Source: a bacterium (lineage in GTDB: Bacteria > Patescibacteriota > Saccharimonadia > Saccharimonadales > SZUA-47). From it: a stretch of DNA of 51,981 nt. Positions 1 through 12,885 of this stretch are shown here, in pieces. The DNA lies in contig JAUIKH010000001.1 in the NCBI GenBank assembly GCA_030430915.1, positions 1-51,981 on the forward strand. Reading direction: 5' to 3'. The notes under the pieces were generated by a model that saw only the letters and a list, made by a program, of their open reading frames with translations, made no database searches and was not told the DNA's origin. A program made the translations under genes and the position numbers. How positions within the stretch are numbered: position 1 is the first letter of the stretch; every line of letters starts with the position of its first letter.

Positions 1-474
<474 letters not shown>

Positions 475-695
475 AATGTTGTTACACTTTTACTTCCGAA
501 GAAGTTAAAGATAGCAACAACAGTTAGATAAGTTTTAATCTATACTCAGTAAAAATTTACTGACTTTGTTTAAAAAACATATATCAACCCTGACAATAAA
601 TTGTCAGGAAAATTGACGTTGATTTGCACTATTCAAATTTTAACGTACGCGTATTTAGAGACACTTAAAGACAGAACCCTAAACACTTAGAATTC

Positions 696-724
696 ATTTT
701 ACGTCTAAAAACACTTTAAGTCAA
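696..724 (-). promoter_or_regulatory. sigma70-type rRNA promoter
   Basis: Minus strand TTGACT-17 nt-TAAAAT upstream of 16S. Confidence 0.75.
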
Positions 725-759
725 CTGTAATATTGCCATTATTGTAGTAATTTTGTCTA

Positions 760-3315
760 CTATTTTTTTTCTTTAGTTTTGGTGTTTTTTGCAGGCTCTT
801 CTCCATCTTTTGGTTCTGCTTTAACTAATCCCATAGAAGCAACACTATCACCATCTTTTAGGCGCATAATTCTTACGCCTTGAGTCGCTCTACTAATTTC
901 TGGTATGTCTTTCATCCCAAGTCTTATTGTCTGTCCCTGTTTAGAAATAATTATTATCTCTTGATCATCTCCATCTCTTAGACTTGCGACACCCATTAAC
1001 TTACCAGTTTTAGAGTTTACTACTGCGGATCTTATACCTACACCACCTCTAGCATGTGCGGTGAACTGAGAGACTTTAGTCCTTTTACCGTATCCAAGCT
1101 CGCTAATAACGAATATATTTGCCTCCGGATCGGCAATCACCATCCCAATTACTTTGTCTCCTGTCCTTAATCTTATACCTCGTACCCCACGTGAGACTCT
1201 ACCCATAGACCTAACGCCGCTTTCATGGAATCTAATGGCTTGACCTGCTTCTGTCGAAATTATTATTTCATCATCTCCACTTGTATGTCTAACCCAACGA
1301 AGATGATCGCCGTCGTCTAGATTTATGGCTATTAGACCTGAACTTCTAACGTTTTTGTAGGCTTCTACTGATGTTTTCTTTACAACTCCCCGTACAGTAG
1401 ACATGAACATAAATCCGTCTTTAGCATCTGATTTATGGGTAATTATTGATGTAATTTCTTCATCGGGATGTAGTTGTAATAGATTAACTATAGCCACACC
1501 TTTCGCATTCAATCCAACAGATGGAATCTCATACGTTTTCAGCCTAAAAACCCTACCCCTATCTGTAAAGAACAATAGGAAGTCATGGGTGTTTGCTAAG
1601 ACGAGCTGCTTTATCATATCTTCTTCACGTGTTGTCATACCTCGTCGGCCTTTTCCACCGCGTCCTTGCTTATGATACTCATTTGCCCCGCTACGTTTTA
1701 TGTAGTTAGCTGATGTCATTGTCACAACTACTTGCTCGTTTGGAATTAACTCTTCTTCACTAAATTTACCCAATTCTTGAGGGATAATTTTCGTTCGTCG
1801 ATCTTCAGAATATGATTTCTTAAGCTCTTTAAATTCATCTTTAATTATCTTAAGAATCTTCTTTTCATCTGCAAGTATTGCTTCTAGCTCTGAAATCAGC
1901 TTCATTAGTTCTGCTAGCTCGTCTTCTATCTTTTTTCTTTCTAGTCCAGCTAATGTTCGAAGTTGCATAGCTAAGATTGCCTTAGCCTGAATCTCTGAAA
2001 GTTTAAATTTCTTCATTAGATTTTCTTGAGCTTCATCGGTTGTTTGGCTAGCTCTAATAGTAGCAATAACTTCGTCAATATTATCTAGAGCAATCTTAAG
2101 ACCTTCTAAAATATGCGCTCGGTCTTTTGCTTTTCTTAGTTCAAATTCAGTCCTTCTTCTAACTACTTTCTGGCGGTGCTTAATGTGCTCGTTTATAATG
2201 TCTTGCAGACCCAGTACTCTTGGCTGAATACCGTCTACCAATGCCATCATATTGAAGTTGAACGAACTCTGTAATGGCGTTAGTTTGAACAACTGATTTA
2301 ATAGCTTCTTAGGGAAAGCATCACGCTTTAAATCAATAACTATTCTAACTTCACCTCTAGAACTTTCGTCTCTTAGATCAGCCAAGCCTACTACCTTCTT
2401 CTCTTTGTGAAGATCAGCTATTTTTTCCAATAACGTCGCTTTATTTAGCCCGTAAGGTATCTCTGATATAACAATCTGAGCTTTTCCTTTAGCATTTTCT
2501 GTAACTTCAGCAACACCCCTGACAACTACTCCACCTCTTCCAGTTGCGTAAGCTGTCCTAAGACTGTCTTTTCCATAAATAATGCCTCCCGTCGGGAAGT
2601 CTGGACCTTTAACATATTCTAGAAGATCATCAACAGAAGCTTCAGGGTTGTCTATCTGGTGTATAGTTGCGTCAAGAAGTTCACCAAGATTATGAGGTGG
2701 AATATTAGTGGCCATACCAACGGCAATACCTAGCTGTCCATTAAGTAATAGATTGGGCAATTTAGCCGGTAAAACACTCGGCTCCTGCTCGGAACCATCG
2801 AAGTTATCTCTAAAATCTACGGTATCCTTACTAATATCGCTTAGCAGTTCTTCTGCTATTTTAGCCATTTTGGCCTCTGTGTATCTATAAGCAGCTGGCG
2901 GATCCCCATCCATTGAACCAAAGTTACCTTGACCCTTAACCAACATATGTCTCATAGACCAAGGCTGTGCTAATCGGACCATAGAATCATAGATGGATGT
3001 ATCACCGTGAGGATGATATTTACCGATTACGTCACCGACTACACGTGCACTTTTAACAAATTTTGCCCCTGATCGCCAACCGTTTTTATCCATAGAATAT
3101 AAAATTCGTCTATGAACAGGCTTCATACCGTCACGCACATCAGGTAAGGCACGCTCCACAATAACACTCATGGAATAACGCAAATAACTATCTTCCATTA
3201 CGTTTTCGACTGTACGATTTTCTACAATTCTTGAATGATCCTGGGGTGTCTCAAGCACCTCAACTTCAGGTGTTTTAACATTTTCTTCTGGTGTATTTGA
3301 TTTATCTTCCGCCAT
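760..3315 (-). CDS. gyrA: DNA gyrase subunit A
   Basis: [31 protein letters not shown] catalytic Tyr, GyrA-box QGRGGKG, C-terminal pinwheel repeats. Confidence 0.98.
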   Translation of the reverse strand: MAEDKSNTPEENVKTPEVEVLETPQDHSRIVENRTVENVMEDSYLRYSMSVIVERALPDVRDGMKPVHRRILYSMDKNGWRSGAKFVKSARVVGDVIGKYHPHGDTSIYDSMVRLAQPWSMRHMLVKGQGNFGSMDGDPPAAYRYTEAKMAKIAEELLSDISKDTVDFRDNFDGSEQEPSVLPAKLPNLLLNGQLGIAVGMATNIPPHNLGELLDATIHQIDNPEASVDDLLEYVKGPDFPTGGIIYGKDSLRTAYATGRGGVVVRGVAEVTENAKGKAQIVISEIPYGLNKATLLEKIADLHKEKKVVGLADLRDESSRGEVRIVIDLKRDAFPKKLLNQLFKLTPLQSSFNFNMMALVDGIQPRVLGLQDIINEHIKHRQKVVRRRTEFELRKAKDRAHILEGLKIALDNIDEVIATIRASQTTDEAQENLMKKFKLSEIQAKAILAMQLRTLAGLERKKIEDELAELMKLISELEAILADEKKILKIIKDEFKELKKSYSEDRRTKIIPQELGKFSEEELIPNEQVVVTMTSANYIKRSGANEYHKQGRGGKGRRGMTTREEDMIKQLVLANTHDFLLFFTDRGRVFRLKTYEIPSVGLNAKGVAIVNLLQLHPDEEITSIITHKSDAKDGFMFMSTVRGVVKKTSVEAYKNVRSSGLIAINLDDGDHLRWVRHTSGDDEIIISTEAGQAIRFHESGVRSMGRVSRGVRGIRLRTGDKVIGMVIADPEANIFVISELGYGKRTKVSQFTAHARGGVGIRSAVVNSKTGKLMGVASLRDGDDQEIIIISKQGQTIRLGMKDIPEISRATQGVRIMRLKDGDSVASMGLVKAEPKDGEEPAKNTKTKEKK

Positions 3316-3316
3316 T

Positions 3317-5284
<1,968 letters not shown>

Positions 5285-5428
5285 TTACCCTCTTTTACAA
5301 CTTACTTTTAAGTATCTCCGTACATTATAAATGAAAACATCTGATAGTTACAAATATTTTACTATTGCCTGAACACATAAAAATATGTTTGAATAACATT
5401 AGCGTTATACCAAAAAAGGAAAAATAAT

Positions 5429-7426
5429 ATGTTCAAAAAACTAGTAGCAAACCTACCATTTAACCCAAGCCTGATAACCCAAGTTGGTTTTTATGCCGAT
5501 AGATTAAAAAAAGAGAAATCCATCAGAAGACTTAGCTTTGTTTTTATATCTTTAGCTATGTTCATTCAGATGTTCGCTGTCATTGCTCCTCCTGAGCGAT
5601 CTCTAGCAGCCTCTTCTAATCACATTCAAAATGGGATTAGAACCAGACAGGACATACTAAATGGTTGGGATTTTTATGGAAGTGACTTAGCAGCCATATA
5701 TGAACAATTCGGAATTACAAGAGCTGATATTGCCGCATTACCCCTACATCCAAATGAAACTATTAGATCTACTGACAAAGATTACTGGTCAATCGGCAGA
5801 AATTCGTTAACTGGCTATTCTAATGTTCATCCGCTGTATAAAATTTCTCAAGTAAAAATCCAACACTTGGGCAAAAACACTGCTAGTACAGCAGACGATA
5901 GATATATCTACCAAAGAGCTTTACGCGCATGGGATATTAAAAATCCATCAAATACTTACCGAGCTTTCAGAGGAACTATTTCAGCAACTGGCCAGCCTTT
6001 CTGGATTCTTGTTGATTGCGGTAACTTAACAACAATCGGTAGCTACACCCCACCTCCACCGCCACCAACGCCCGAAAAGCCAACACCTCCACCGCCACCA
6101 ACGCCCGAACCACCAAAACCAAAAATAGAAATCAAAAAGACTATTGTCGACAATCCAAGCAAGCTAAACCCGGGCGATAGCCTCACGTATAGGATTGAAT
6201 ACCGGAACTCTGCTGTTAATTCACTAGCTAAAGATGTAGTAATAGAAGACCAGCTTGATACAAAAAACTACGATATTATTAGTCCGAAAAACTTATCAAT
6301 AAATAATGGATTCTTAAAACATGATGTAGGTAGTCTTTCATATTCTACGAGCTATAACGTCCTATCAATAACTGTGAAGCTAAAAGATCAAGTGCCCTCG
6401 GGTACAAAAGTCTGCAATAAAGCCAGAATAACTTCTAAAAATGCAACGGCTGCAAACAGCAATGAAGTATGTGTTGGCGTAATAGTTGAATGCCCTTACG
6501 ACAGCAGAATACCTGATGTAAATAACCCGAATTGTGTCGAGCCTAAAATTGTCTGTTCAGTAGTCGATGCGGCTATAAATAGAACAACTAGAGAGGTCAC
6601 ATATAAGACTATAGTTACATCATCTAACCCTGAAAATACAGATGTAATTAGCTATAACTACGATTTTGGTGATGGTGCTAATCAAGAATTTAAATATAAA
6701 GAACTTGAACACCAAACAAAACATTCTTTTGGAGCTGGTGACTACACAACAACAGTAACCATAACCTACCGAACTACTGGCCAAGAAGAAACGGGAGATA
6801 AAACTATAGACTGTAGTGTTCCTATTAGCTTCGAGGAAGATCAGCCTCTAGGTCAATCAAAGTCTGTTAGTAATATTACTCAAGACAAAACTGGTGAGAT
6901 AGCTGAATCTAGCCTCGTGAATGGCGGAGATGTACTAGAATACACCCTACTAACTACTAACTCACAAAACTACGACCGAGAAGGTTTAACTGTAGACGAC
7001 TACATCGGTGATCTATTGGATTACTCCACATTAGATATGGAGTTCTTAAAGGAACAAGGTGGAGCATTCGACGAAGAATCAAATAAGATAATATGGAACG
7101 ACGTATCAATTTTAGGTGCATCATCAGCTGAACACAAATTCAGAGTAACTATTAAAGACCCTATTCCTTCTACAAATGCTCCTTCTACTGTAAGCACCAG
7201 TTATGACTGTAAAATAAGTAATGAATACGGAACAGAGATAACAATGGACATAAACTGCCCTCTTGTAAAAAATCTAGAAACACTTCCAAACACTGGTCCA
7301 GGGGCTGGCTTAACCATGACAGTAGGGGCAACAACAGTAATAGGCTACTTCTTTGCTAGGACTAGACTACTCGCAAAAGAGATAGGTATTATCAGAAAAG
7401 ACTATGTAACAAGTGGAGGAGTATAA
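5429..7426 (+). CDS. Secreted/surface protein: Pro-rich linker, DUF11-like and PKD-like Ig domains, C-terminal LPNTG + hydrophobic tail
   Basis: N-terminal TM/signal, 'PGDSLTYRIEYRN' and 'GGDVLEYTL' DUF11-like starts, 'YDFGDG' PKD motif, LPNTG followed by TM and basic residues. Confidence 0.75.
   Translation: MFKKLVANLPFNPSLITQVGFYADRLKKEKSIRRLSFVFISLAMFIQMFAVIAPPERSLAASSNHIQNGIRTRQDILNGWDFYGSDLAAIYEQFGITRADIAALPLHPNETIRSTDKDYWSIGRNSLTGYSNVHPLYKISQVKIQHLGKNTASTADDRYIYQRALRAWDIKNPSNTYRAFRGTISATGQPFWILVDCGNLTTIGSYTPPPPPPTPEKPTPPPPPTPEPPKPKIEIKKTIVDNPSKLNPGDSLTYRIEYRNSAVNSLAKDVVIEDQLDTKNYDIISPKNLSINNGFLKHDVGSLSYSTSYNVLSITVKLKDQVPSGTKVCNKARITSKNATAANSNEVCVGVIVECPYDSRIPDVNNPNCVEPKIVCSVVDAAINRTTREVTYKTIVTSSNPENTDVISYNYDFGDGANQEFKYKELEHQTKHSFGAGDYTTTVTITYRTTGQEETGDKTIDCSVPISFEEDQPLGQSKSVSNITQDKTGEIAESSLVNGGDVLEYTLLTTNSQNYDREGLTVDDYIGDLLDYSTLDMEFLKEQGGAFDEESNKIIWNDVSILGASSAEHKFRVTIKDPIPSTNAPSTVSTSYDCKISNEYGTEITMDINCPLVKNLETLPNTGPGAGLTMTVGATTVIGYFFARTRLLAKEIGIIRKDYVTSGGV
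6051..6109 (+). repeat. 26-bp direct repeat (33-bp period) encoding PPPPPTPE twice
   Basis: cacctccaccgccaccaacgcccgaa at 6051-6076 and 6084-6109. Confidence 0.9.
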
Positions 7427-7977
7427 TGTCAGAAAAATTTACACCAAAAAGCCCGGAAGTTGAAGCACCAAAAATTGATCATGAATCTCTACATGAAAGA
7501 CAAGAAAAAGAAGCTATAAAACATGAAAAATCTAAAGAAGCACAAGACGAAACTGTAGAAAAGATAAGATCTAGCGTCGAAACAAAGGCAAAAAGCAGCC
7601 AAGAATACTCACAGACTAAGGAGAAGGCTAAACAACATCATCCTGTCCTAGTTAACAAACAACTCAAAGACATGGCCTACTCCAGGGCAATGGTTAGAAC
7701 AAGAAAACATCTTTCAGCTCCATCCAGAGCTTTCAGCAAAGTTGTACATTCTAAAGTCATGGATAAGCCAAGTGAAGCAATCGGAAAGACTGTTGCTCGG
7801 CCTTCTGGGATGGTAGGCGGAGCTTTATTGGCTTTTGTCGGAACCTCTATTTTGCTTTGGGTAACCAAAAGATACGGATATGAATACAATTATCTAGCAG
7901 TTATGCTTTTGTTTGGTATAGGCATGGTCGTAGGACTTGGCCTAGAAGGACTGTTTAAAATCTTAAAGAAGCGCTAG
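7426..7977 (+). CDS. Hypothetical membrane protein (charged N-terminus, two C-terminal TM helices)
   Basis: ggagga SD, TAATG overlap with upstream gene, hydrophobic C-terminal segments. Confidence 0.8.
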   Translation: MSEKFTPKSPEVEAPKIDHESLHERQEKEAIKHEKSKEAQDETVEKIRSSVETKAKSSQEYSQTKEKAKQHHPVLVNKQLKDMAYSRAMVRTRKHLSAPSRAFSKVVHSKVMDKPSEAIGKTVARPSGMVGGALLAFVGTSILLWVTKRYGYEYNYLAVMLLFGIGMVVGLGLEGLFKILKKR

Positions 7978-7981
7978 ATTA

Positions 7982-10900
7982 TTAATCGTTGTTTCTTAGA
8001 TGTAGTGTGTTTTCGCCTTGTGCAGAATTTAAATGTATTGTGCCTTCATTTTGCTGGTTGGCTGTTGGTGTATTCTGTATATTTATTGTTTGTTGAGGCG
8101 TAGTAGCTTGATTAGCTATTGGTTTGTGTGGCGCTTGAAACTGAGGCGTCACTTGAGGCTGAAGCGAATCATTTGATACATGATTACTTATATTATTACC
8201 GGTAGACACATTAGCACCTTGAATGCTATCCATGCTTTGTGGCTCCGCACCATTATTCAAGTGCTGCTGAAAACCTGCATCGTTGGGTCGCACTGGAGTC
8301 GGATGTGTATTGCCGCTTATGGCTTGCGTAGGAGGCCTCTGCTGGATGTTTTGTACAGGACTGGGTTGTTGATTTGGAGATGTCTTAAACGGAGATGAGG
8401 GCGCCTTAAAATCATTTGCCTGTTTTTTCTGCATCCAACTATCAAGAAACGTAGCGTTGGCTTTTGACTTCCCTGGTGCCCCCGGTACTCCTTGAGGTGA
8501 TCCTGGCTTTTGACCCGTAGTTTTTTTAGTAACTGGAACACTAATACGAGCTGTTATCTCTTTATCAACTATAGATTTAGGTCTGCCGTGCTTAGCAGCC
8601 GACAATTGTTTTATTGCCTTACCTAGCTCCTTGTTATCAGCCTTGAGCGGTGGTAAACCAGCCATACTGAATGGTTGAGTAGGCACACCATGGATCATGG
8701 TACGAACTGCAGCATTTCCGTTAGGTATTCGCTGCAGGTCATCACTATCGAAAGAAGGCGCGAACTGCTTTGCTAGAAACTCTGCATCATCAATTCCTAC
8801 CCTTAGCGCAATTACTGTACCTATGTTACCGAATACAGCATCTCGAATCTCTTCAGATAGCTGAGTGGTGAACTGGTTGGCAACGATTACGTTTAGACCG
8901 TATTTTCGTGACTCCGACATAATATCGGCGAAAGAATCTGTCGAATAGTTCTGAAACTCGTCGACATAAAGACAAAAATCAGGCCTTTGTGATCTGTCGA
9001 CATTAGCCCTGCTCATAGCAGCAGCTTGAAACTTCATAACGAAAATCATACCCAGAAGTTTCGAGTTCATTTCCCCTGTTCTACCTTTACTAAGGTTTAC
9101 AATCAAAATCTTTTTATTGTCCATTATGTCTCGAATATTGAACGAGCTTTTTGTTTGACCAATTATGTTCCGCATCATCGAGTTACTCAAAAAAGCACCG
9201 AACTTACTGACAACCCAACTGGTCACTTCACCAGCCTCATTAGATCTCTGAGAGTTTGGCCATTCTTTGGTCCAGAAATCTAAAACGTTCTGATCGTCTA
9301 CATATTTCAGCTTAGCCTTCATAAAATCGGGATCAATTAATAATTTCGGGATGTCCACAAACGTTCCACCCTTTGGATCAGCCATAAGCAAAAGTGCACT
9401 GTTCGTGAATATTCTCTCAAATCTTGGACCAATTATTCCCTGTTTCTGAGGATCATATAGCTTATACAGCAAGTTTATCGACTCTTGAATTAGAAAATCC
9501 TTCTGCTCTGGATAATTAGGATCAAACTCAAACATGTTCAATCCCAAAGGATAATCTGTATCTGAAGGACAGAAATAAATTACATCTTCTGTGCGCTCCT
9601 TGGGCACTAGATTTAACAAGTTATCAGCAACATCACCGTGAGGGTCAATAAATGCAAACCCATCTCCATTTATCATGTCTTGCAAGGCAAGGTTCTCTAG
9701 AAATGTTGATTTACCCACACCAGTCTGACCGACAAAGTATATATGCCTACGACGATCATCTGGATCCAGCACAATTTTCTTTTTAGTACCCCTAAATACG
9801 TTATATCCCAAAACCAAACCTTCTTTTGGAATATTGCGCGGTCCATCGACTTGTTTTGAGTCCTGCCTTCTGAGCTGTGTAGTTGGGATGGTCTTCTGAT
9901 CAGGAAAGTGAAATATCGTCGCTAGCTCAATTGAATTTAATACCGTTTTCTTATTCTCAGGAGGGAAAAATCTCATTATGTAACCAGTTATGAAGCTATC
10001 TATATCCTTTGCAGGCACATACTTGAATCCGTTTTTTCCAGGAGAATCAAATAACGCAAAAGTAGCTACAACGCTATTTAAAACTGACTGTGCCCTTTGA
10101 GTTACATTTGAAGATGCAATTATTCTTATAGCAACTTCAAATCCCGCGTGCCTAGTTTTCTCTTCTATTCCGTCAATTAGTGCCTGGTCTACACCTGTAA
10201 TCTGCTTCTCCTTAGTAATTTCTGTCCTGTTATCTTCAGGGGGTTTTACTGGCGCATACAGTAGCTGTCCAAACCAACTACTTACAGTTTTGGTCGTTAT
10301 CTTTTCGTCTTCGTTCTTGCGCTTTTTCTGGGCAATATTTATTGAATTCTTTCTCCATTCAGAGCCCGCAGGTCTTATCAATATTTGTATGCCCGCACCA
10401 TCTTCATTTTCTAGAGTAGAAAGTGCGTTTAACAGAGACTGCATGGTGTCACGTTTAAGTTCTTGGAAAGTTGCAATTGGGTAAGCACTGTCTTCTTTCA
10501 AAACTAGTTCTCCACCCATTGTTCCGCTTGTACGTCCAACAGGACTAAAAATATTGTGTTCAGCAACTTCTTCTAATCTAGTTGATGGATAAGCGCTTGT
10601 TATTGCCTGTCTAACAACTTCGACCATGCTTACCGGCACAGCAACATAAAAATGTATAAAGCCCTTAGTACCGACTATTTCAAAGGCAAAGTGTTTCTGG
10701 CCATAAAAATTATGTTTAAAGCCAGATTGAATGGTAGAAGCAATGATATCGTAAAGAGTCTCTGCTTTTGAGATTGTCTCATCAACCACATCTCTTTCAT
10801 CTCTGGCTCCTACTTCTGTATCAGCACTCCTTGGAGGAAGATGTATCAGCATTGGGACCATCTTCAGCCCTCTCTCAAAATTTTTCTGCTCCCTCAGAAT

Positions 10901-10993
10901 TTTACGTACATGAAAATATATCCCACCCCCTACTACTGCAAGTAGAGCTGAGATAAATAAAATTACTGACAAGAATACGGGCATAATCGACAC
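7982..10993 (-). CDS. VirD4/TraD-like coupling-protein ATPase with N-terminal TM and low-complexity Q/P/N tail
   Basis: Walker A GQTGVGKS, FIDPHGD, Walker B LYVDEFQN, SESRKYGL..ANQ. Confidence 0.85.
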   Translation of the reverse strand: MSIMPVFLSVILFISALLAVVGGGIYFHVRKILREQKNFERGLKMVPMLIHLPPRSADTEVGARDERDVVDETISKAETLYDIIASTIQSGFKHNFYGQKHFAFEIVGTKGFIHFYVAVPVSMVEVVRQAITSAYPSTRLEEVAEHNIFSPVGRTSGTMGGELVLKEDSAYPIATFQELKRDTMQSLLNALSTLENEDGAGIQILIRPAGSEWRKNSINIAQKKRKNEDEKITTKTVSSWFGQLLYAPVKPPEDNRTEITKEKQITGVDQALIDGIEEKTRHAGFEVAIRIIASSNVTQRAQSVLNSVVATFALFDSPGKNGFKYVPAKDIDSFITGYIMRFFPPENKKTVLNSIELATIFHFPDQKTIPTTQLRRQDSKQVDGPRNIPKEGLVLGYNVFRGTKKKIVLDPDDRRRHIYFVGQTGVGKSTFLENLALQDMINGDGFAFIDPHGDVADNLLNLVPKERTEDVIYFCPSDTDYPLGLNMFEFDPNYPEQKDFLIQESINLLYKLYDPQKQGIIGPRFERIFTNSALLLMADPKGGTFVDIPKLLIDPDFMKAKLKYVDDQNVLDFWTKEWPNSQRSNEAGEVTSWVVSKFGAFLSNSMMRNIIGQTKSSFNIRDIMDNKKILIVNLSKGRTGEMNSKLLGMIFVMKFQAAAMSRANVDRSQRPDFCLYVDEFQNYSTDSFADIMSESRKYGLNVIVANQFTTQLSEEIRDAVFGNIGTVIALRVGIDDAEFLAKQFAPSFDSDDLQRIPNGNAAVRTMIHGVPTQPFSMAGLPPLKADNKELGKAIKQLSAAKHGRPKSIVDKEITARISVPVTKKTTGQKPGSPQGVPGAPGKSKANATFLDSWMQKKQANDFKAPSSPFKTSPNQQPSPVQNIQQRPPTQAISGNTHPTPVRPNDAGFQQHLNNGAEPQSMDSIQGANVSTGNNISNHVSNDSLQPQVTPQFQAPHKPIANQATTPQQTINIQNTPTANQQNEGTIHLNSAQGENTLHLRNND

Positions 10994-11353
10994 CTACCCA
11001 TCTGTTCTAACGTCTTTATTGTATCTTTTTTTGATATACTCTGCCCTCACACGATTTAGCTCTATATTCTGTTTATAAGGATCGCCTTGAGTCCTACTGA
11101 CTATTTCTTTTGCTTTTTCTACCCACTCTTTTTCAATAAGTTCTAAGTCTTCGGCACTCATTTCATTAAGCCCAACTGTTAGTTGATTGTCATCATTACT
11201 AACTGGTTGATTTACTGATGGTTGAGTTTTTGAAAGGTCGTCTTGTGGTACATTTTGAGGCGTGACTAAGTTACTGCCCCCCGTATCATCTGAGGAGTTA
11301 ACTTGCGGTAATTGATGGTCTTGATTATCTGAAGGATGCATTACTGTTGTCAA
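10994..11353 (-). CDS. Hypothetical protein (start uncertain)
   Basis: Abuts ATPase gene; ordered C-terminus IEKEWVEKAK..DPYKQ..YIKKRY. Confidence 0.7.
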   Translation of the reverse strand: MTTVMHPSDNQDHQLPQVNSSDDTGGSNLVTPQNVPQDDLSKTQPSVNQPVSNDDNQLTVGLNEMSAEDLELIEKEWVEKAKEIVSRTQGDPYKQNIELNRVRAEYIKKRYNKDVRTDG

Positions 11354-11369
11354 TTATAACAACAGCTAA

Positions 11370-11729
11370 TCATTTTGGCCACGTTCTACTGAAATAAAAA
11401 ACGCTTAGTGATACTAAGGATATCAACAAAACGATATCAAACGTCGATATACTTCCTAGAGACGAGAAAATAACAGAGAGAATGAAGAACGAGGCAATTG
11501 CAGCAGAGAGAGCTTTCTGCATGCTTAGCCTCCATTTCGGTGTTATCAAACTAAGTATTAGCCTTGAGAAGAAGTATAAAGATAGCCACATAAGGATAAT
11601 CGGGATAAAACTTAGCCAAAAGTTGCTCTCAGAGGGCTTAGTAGTCAACATGAAGCCAGTTAACAAAGCCATGAAGAACAATACCAATAAAGGAAGTGTG
11701 AATTTTTTATGTCTTAAAGCTCTAATCAT
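11370..11729 (-). CDS. Hypothetical 4-TM membrane protein
   Basis: Four hydrophobic segments, co-oriented with downstream genes. Confidence 0.75.
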   Translation of the reverse strand: MIRALRHKKFTLPLLVLFFMALLTGFMLTTKPSESNFWLSFIPIILMWLSLYFFSRLILSLITPKWRLSMQKALSAAIASFFILSVIFSSLGSISTFDIVLLISLVSLSVFYFSRTWPK

Positions 11730-11743
11730 ACATAGTATAGTAC

Positions 11744-11782
11744 TAAAAAAACCTCCCTTTCTTAATAGTTGGAGGTTTTTTA
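11744..11782 (-). terminator. Intrinsic terminator-like hairpin (possibly bidirectional)
   Basis: aaaaaacctcc...ggaggtttttt. Confidence 0.7.
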
Positions 11783-11944
11783 GTGCGACTTTGGTTAAGA
11801 GAAGCCCGGACGATAAATCCGCTGTGATACAAGGTTTATTAGCGCTTATCGTCCTGAGGCTCTGACTGACCGCTCAAATAAGTTTTAGGCTTAAGTGAGC
11901 GATATTTTTATTTTTATTCAGTGTTTTTATTTTTTCTGAACATA
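11744..11944 (-). ncRNA. Candidate structured sRNA or leader RNA
   Basis: Promoter upstream, stems cgctca/tgagcg and ggacgataa/ttatcgtcc, terminator downstream, no convincing ORF. Confidence 0.5.
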
Positions 11945-11949
11945 GCTAG

Positions 11950-11978
11950 ATACTAGCAGTATTTTTTAATTATGTCAA
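11950..11978 (-). promoter_or_regulatory. sigma70 promoter
   Basis: TTGACA-17-TAGTAT on the minus strand. Confidence 0.7.
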
Positions 11979-12704
11979 CAGTTTTTTTATTTTTATACTG
12001 TTGTTGATATTATATTAACTGTTACAAAATGCTGACGAAGATAGTTGTACAATTATTGTATTACTTTATTTCTACAACACTAAAATTTTTATATTATGCT
12101 CTTTTCAGATACTTTTTTTGAATAACTATCTGCTATTATCTGCCCATCGAAAACGTCCATACTACGTGAAAATCCTATGCTTTTTATGCATTCTGAGGTC
12201 TGTTATTTTAGCTACATGATTATGTTTTTTAATATAAAGTCGTGTTATATTTTTGTCATTGTATTGCCTTTTTTTCTTAATAACAGTTAAACCAAGCTTT
12301 GCTTGTTTTATCTTGAGCACTTTTAGTAATCTAAATTCATCTAGCTGAATAAATTAATATTTAAAGTTACTTAGCAGTATTGTCAAAAACTTAGATAATA
12401 CGTATTTTCAAGACATACAAATATAGTGGACTTGGTTTCATCAACAAAAATTGGTCATTGCTATTTCTATTCTTCATCAATAAATATCACTAAAGCTAGT
12501 TAGTGTTTTTGTTTGATAATGATGCGAAAGTTTAATGTAGCATTGATTAATTCTAGTTTATTATTTATTTTTTATCCCTAAAATAAGCATGCTTTGTATC
12601 TACACATTTACTTACAGATGCTTGGTTTGATCAATAAAATGCACTTATATTGTAATCATAGTTTTCAAGATTTTTACTGGTAATAATTAAACTTTAAAAA
12701 ACTA

Positions 12705-12733
12705 TTGACATTAGCATTTTGTAAGGTTAGGAT
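12705..12733 (+). promoter_or_regulatory. sigma70 promoter
   Basis: TTGACA-17-TAGGAT. Confidence 0.7.
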
Positions 12734-12784
12734 ATCAGTAGCGCTTTGAACAAATAAAGTGCTCAAAAACAAAAACGTATCTGT

Positions 12785-12820
12785 AACAACGACTTCTCGC
12801 AGGTCGTTGTTCTTTTTTTT
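12785..12820 (+). terminator. Intrinsic terminator
   Basis: aacaacgac...gtcgttgtt followed by c and T8. Confidence 0.75.
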
Positions 12821-12885
12821 AATCGAGTTAAATTCACATTTCGCTATAGCTTGCTTTTTTAACGTTAGCTATCCATTATTAAGTA

